This document shows positions 59,780 to 64,000 of a stretch of 64,000 nt of DNA, one piece after another. Both the position numbers and the translations under genes were made by a program. Below the pieces are notes generated by a model. The model ran no database searches. It was not told the DNA's origin and saw nothing but the letters and a program-made list of their open reading frames with translations. The first letter of the stretch is position 1. Each line of letters begins with the position of its first letter. The stretch lies in NCBI RefSeq assembly GCF_009914755.1, contig NC_060938.1; one strand, written 5' to 3'. Source of the stretch: the human T2T-CHM13v2.0 reference genome, Homo sapiens.

Positions 59780-61880
59780 AATATGAATAAAACTACTATA
59801 AACGTTCCTGTGCAAGTTTTTGTGTGGACACAAATTTTTAACAAATTTAGGTAAATACCAAGGAGCCTACCTTAGACCTTAGACCATTTGGGCTAATATA
59901 ACAAATTACCATAAACTGGGCAGGTTATAAACAGTAGAAATATTTCACTTATATGGTTTACAGTAGGAATATATAGTTTCTATAGATTTTGAAAGATAGG
60001 GTTCTACTTTATTTTTATACCAAAATAAATTACAGACACGTAACATATTTGAACAAAAGTCATACAGTTTTATGAAGAATGAGTAAATGTTTTGAGTGAA
60101 AAATTATTTCTAAGCCAGAAATGAAATTTAGAAGGCATAAAGGTAAAATTTGACTACATAAGTAATTAACATTTGAATTTCAATAAATAACAGTATCCAA
60201 GTTAGTAAAAATATTAGTAACATCTATTTTGATTTCTTTAATATTGCATATAAAGGGTATAAACCAAGCAATAAGATGAAGATAAATTGCACATTACAAA
60301 ATGGACCAAGGAATTGACAATTCAACTCATTAAAAGGAATAGCCAATTATGCAAGACTATGTACAAAGTTTTAAAATATTAATGTTTAGAATTAATGTAC
60401 TATATTTAATGTTTAAGTTTGTATTAAATATAGTAAGTATATATGTAGTATAGGCTATAACAGAGTCTATTTACTGGATCATATGGTAAGAGTATGTTTA
60501 GTTTGTAAGAAAGTACCATACTATCTTCTAAAGTGGCTGTACTATTTTGCATTCTCACCAGCAATGAATGAGAATTCCTGTTGCTCCCTCTTCACTGGCA
60601 GTTAGTACTGTCAGTGCTGTGGTCTTAGCCATTCAAAGATGTGTATAATAGTATACTATCGTTATTTTAGCTTACAATTCTCTAAAGATGTATAAGTTGA
60701 GCATCTTTTCTTATGCTTATATGCAATTTGAATATCATTCTTAGTGAGGTGTCTCTAAACCTTTTGCTTATTTTTTTAGTTGGCCTGTTTGATTTTAATT
60801 TTTGAGTTCTAATTGTTTTTATATATTTTAGATGAACATCCGATTTTCTCCTATTCTGTAGATTATGTTTTCATCCTCTTAACAGTGTCTTTTGCAGAAC
60901 AGATTTTAATTTTAATTAAACCCAATTATTAACATTGCTGTAACTTTTATTCGTTCTCAGATGTTTTGTTGTTGATGATGAGTCTTTGAGATCTTCTGCA
61001 TAGCCAAAAATGTCATCTGTGAGGAAAGAAAATTTTATATCTTCTTTCCTAATTCATATACTTTTATTTTCTTTTCTTATCAGATTGTATTGTCTAGGAC
61101 TTCTAGTGTGATACTGAATAAGATTGATTGAGAAGAGACATATTTGTTTTATTCCTAGTCTTAGCAGGCAAACCTCTACTTCTCTATCATTAAATAAAGT
61201 GACAGCTGCAGCTCTTTGTAGATTTTTAAAAATAAACATGTGGATGATCCTACATAGTCTTAAATTGCTAAAAGCTTTATTTTCTCTATTTAAAATTATG
61301 AAAGTGTGTGACATTTGTTGAAAATTTTTCTGCATTTATTGATATCATTGTCTGATTTTTCAGATTTAGTCTGTTAATGTGATGGTTGTTTTAATTAATT
61401 TATGGACAATAAACCAGCCTTGTATACCAGGCGTAAATCCAACTGGGTCATGGTATATAATTTTTAATACATTATTGGATTTTATTTTCTATTTTTGGTG
61501 GAGTTTTACATGTATGCTAATGAGAGATATGGACCTGTAATTTTTCTTTCTGGCAATTTCTTTTCTGGTTTTAGTATGAAAGTGATATTACTCTCCTAGA
61601 ATGAGTCTGTTTCTATTTTATGAGTGAAATTTTATCAAAACGGAATGATTTTATCCTTAAATTTTAGTCAGAATTCATGAATGAATGTACTTGGGCCTGG
61701 TTCTTTCTGGTTTGAGAGGTATAAATGATTGGTTTAATTTGTTTAATATAAATGGTTCTATTCAGACTATTTCCCCTTGTGTGAGTTGTGAGTTTTAGTA
61801 GATTGTGTCTTTCAAGAAATAGATATTTGATTTTACCTAGTTCATCAAACTTGTGGATATAGACTTGTCATATTATTATT
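59780..61880 (-). mobile_element. L1MC/L1MD-type ORF2 3' part, interrupted at 59867-60470
   Basis: gtttttgtgtggaca...ggtaaataccaaggagc, resuming as ttactggatcatatggtaagagtatgtttagtt...ccagcaatgaatgagaattcctgttgctcc, then continuing antisense ORF2. Confidence 0.78.
59872..59960 (-). mobile_element. MST/MLT1A LTR terminal fragment
   Basis: ttagaccatttgggctaatataacaaattaccataaactggg...ttataaacagtagaaat. Confidence 0.7.
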
Positions 61881-62349
61881 TTAAAATACTTCCAGCAGGA
61901 ATTATCTAGACACAAAACTTATGAAAAATTTATCTTCATAATCTCCTTTAAATAAAGACTAGATTTATTTTAAAGGCTTTGGCATGCAAAAAGACAAAGC
62001 ATAATTAAATAGGAATTTGTAATGATCTGGACATAAGGATAAAGTACTAAGACACAGGAAACAACTACTATGACATTGTACTACAGAGATCTTTGAAAAC
62101 TGAGTTTATGTTGCTACAAGCTACATAGAAAAGATATTGTAATGCACAGGGCATAAGATAAAACAATTAAGGGGAGATCTTTTTAGTAAGACAGCTAAAT
62201 TTTCCATATATATATATATATTTTTCCAAATATATATATATTTCCAAATATATGTATATATTTACACTAAACAAAGTTTATAAGCAAGCCTGGAAAGAAT
62301 CCTGTGGACTCATAGTAACACAACAGAATGCACAAACAGAATTCAGCAC

Positions 62350-63810
62350 TATTTAAAGGACTTTCAATAAAATCTCAGAACCAAAATACAAGATTCGCAG
62401 AGTTTAACTAGTCATTAAAAACATTTGGAAATATGGCTTACATCTTAGAGAAATTCTGTCAGTAGAAAAACATACGAATTAAATGATGATGGAATCTGTA
62501 AAACGAAGTTTAAGCAATTATTGTCAATAGGCTAAACATGTTTAAGGAATTGGAAGAAAATGTGACTACAATGAGGAGAAAAAAAGAATAATATAAAAAT
62601 GAAACACATAGTGCTCCAATGTCCTTACTGATTTTCTGTTTCTTTATTCCAGTTATAATTGGTAGCACTGAAGTGTGCTTTTTAATTATAATTGTAGGTA
62701 TGTCTATTTCTCTTTGCAGTTCTGCAGTTCTGTCAGCTTTGCTTCATAGATGGATGGATGGATAAATAGATGGATAGATATGTCATTGAGAGAAAATAAA
62801 GAGATGATAAATAGATAGATAATTTAGCTAGATAGATAGATATTCTCTGTTATTCAGTGCATACCACATTATAATTAGGGAATCACTCTATTTCTAATGA
62901 AATTCTTTACTTTGAAATTAGTTATTCTTACATTTACATAGCTACTTTATTTTCTTTGAGTGATGTTAACAAGTTATATTCTCCCAACTTTTTATTTGTA
63001 AACAATTTATTCTTTATATTAAAATTTGTATAAGTAGCATATAGTTGCCAGTTGCTTTTTTACCAAATCTGAAAAAAACTGCCTTTTAATTGAGTTGTTT
63101 AGGCTATTTACATTTAATATTACTATTGTTATGGTTGTGCATGTATCTACAATCTTGATATTTGTTTTCTATTTGTCCTGACATTTTATTTCTTGTTTCT
63201 TTCCTTCTACTGTATTTTGCATTGAGATAAAAATAATCTCCAAGTAAGTTACTAGAAATAATAAGAGAGTTTAGCTGGTTATAAGGATATATATTCATTA
63301 TTTAAAAATTTGATGTCCTATAGTACCAGCCACTAATATAAAGTATACTAACTACTGTAATGAATTAAAGACATAATATGTTATTAGTATTATAGTACAA
63401 TTAATATAATTAGTATAATAAAATATTACTATAATATATTGTTAGGCTTATACTACAGCATGTAACCTTATACATCAAAGTCTAATTGAGAATGAGTAAG
63501 ATTTCTAGGTTCAAAAAATATATATATAGAAATACACACATGCATATATATAATTTATATCCATGAAATTTTAAAAGATGTATATAGATGAAAAATTATT
63601 ACATATTAACAATAATATGGAAAATTAGATTAGTATGATAAATAAGGACATGTTGGAACAAGCATTCTACTTAAAAAAAGATACATGTGACAAAAACATA
63701 AAAATAATGGTAAATAAGGAAGGGCAAATAATCATCACAATACAATGCTGTTATATAACTACTAGAATGGCCAAAGTTAAAATGATAGACAATATGAGTA
63801 CTAGAATCTT
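62350..63810. mobile_element. Patchwork of old L1M fragments in alternating orientation (+ ORF1-like 62350-62620, - ORF2 EN region 62620-63230, + ORF2 63240-63810)
   Basis: A/T strand bias switches; ttactagaaataataagagagtttagc and actagaatggccaaagttaaaatgatagacaat resemble sense ORF2; ctataattg-like and ccatttacatttaat-like motifs resemble antisense EN. Confidence 0.55.
62747..62842. repeat. Degenerate (GGAT/GATA)n microsatellite
   Basis: tagatggatggatggataaatagatggatagata...gatagatagataga. Confidence 0.75.
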
Positions 63811-63838
63811 TTACTTATTCAGTATTTTTATCATACGT

Positions 63839-64000
63839 TGTATGATTGGGTGTTTTCCCACCCACCCAAATCTCATCTTCAATTCCCACATGTTGTGGGA
63901 GGGACCCAGTGGGAGGTAATTTAATCATGGGGGCAGGTCTTTCCTGTGCTGTATTCATGATACTGAATAAGTCTCATGAGATCTGATGGTATTATAAGGG
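63839..64000 (+). mobile_element. THE1B-like MaLR LTR 5' part, truncated by window end
   Basis: cacccaaatctcatcttcaattcccacatgttgtgggagggacccagtgggaggtaatttaatcatgggggcaggtctttcc. Confidence 0.9.

Overview
AT-rich, repeat-dense primate genomic DNA, most likely human or another African great ape given the L1PA2-type LINE-1, Alu, THE1, MER4A1, MLT2A and MER85 elements. It reads as a gene desert or large intron. I find no supportable host protein-coding exon, RNA gene or CRISPR array. The only long ORFs belong to a full-length but inactivated L1PA2 (53360-59382): ORF1 has 2 stops, ORF2 has 5 frameshifts, and the antisense ORF0 is intact. The rest is Alus, older L1s, ERVL/MaLR/ERV1 solo LTRs, MIR/L2 and DNA-transposon MITEs. 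The most notable structures are a near-identical ~250-bp triplication built around a perfect 42-bp palindrome, several fold-back/template-switch scars, a twin-primed 5'-inverted L1, an internally deleted L1PA15/16 that keeps both ends and its TSD, four DUX4-type motifs in LTRs, and a complete MER85. I cannot support a genuinely new biological system here. Subfamily names come from recalled consensus sequences, not from a database search.
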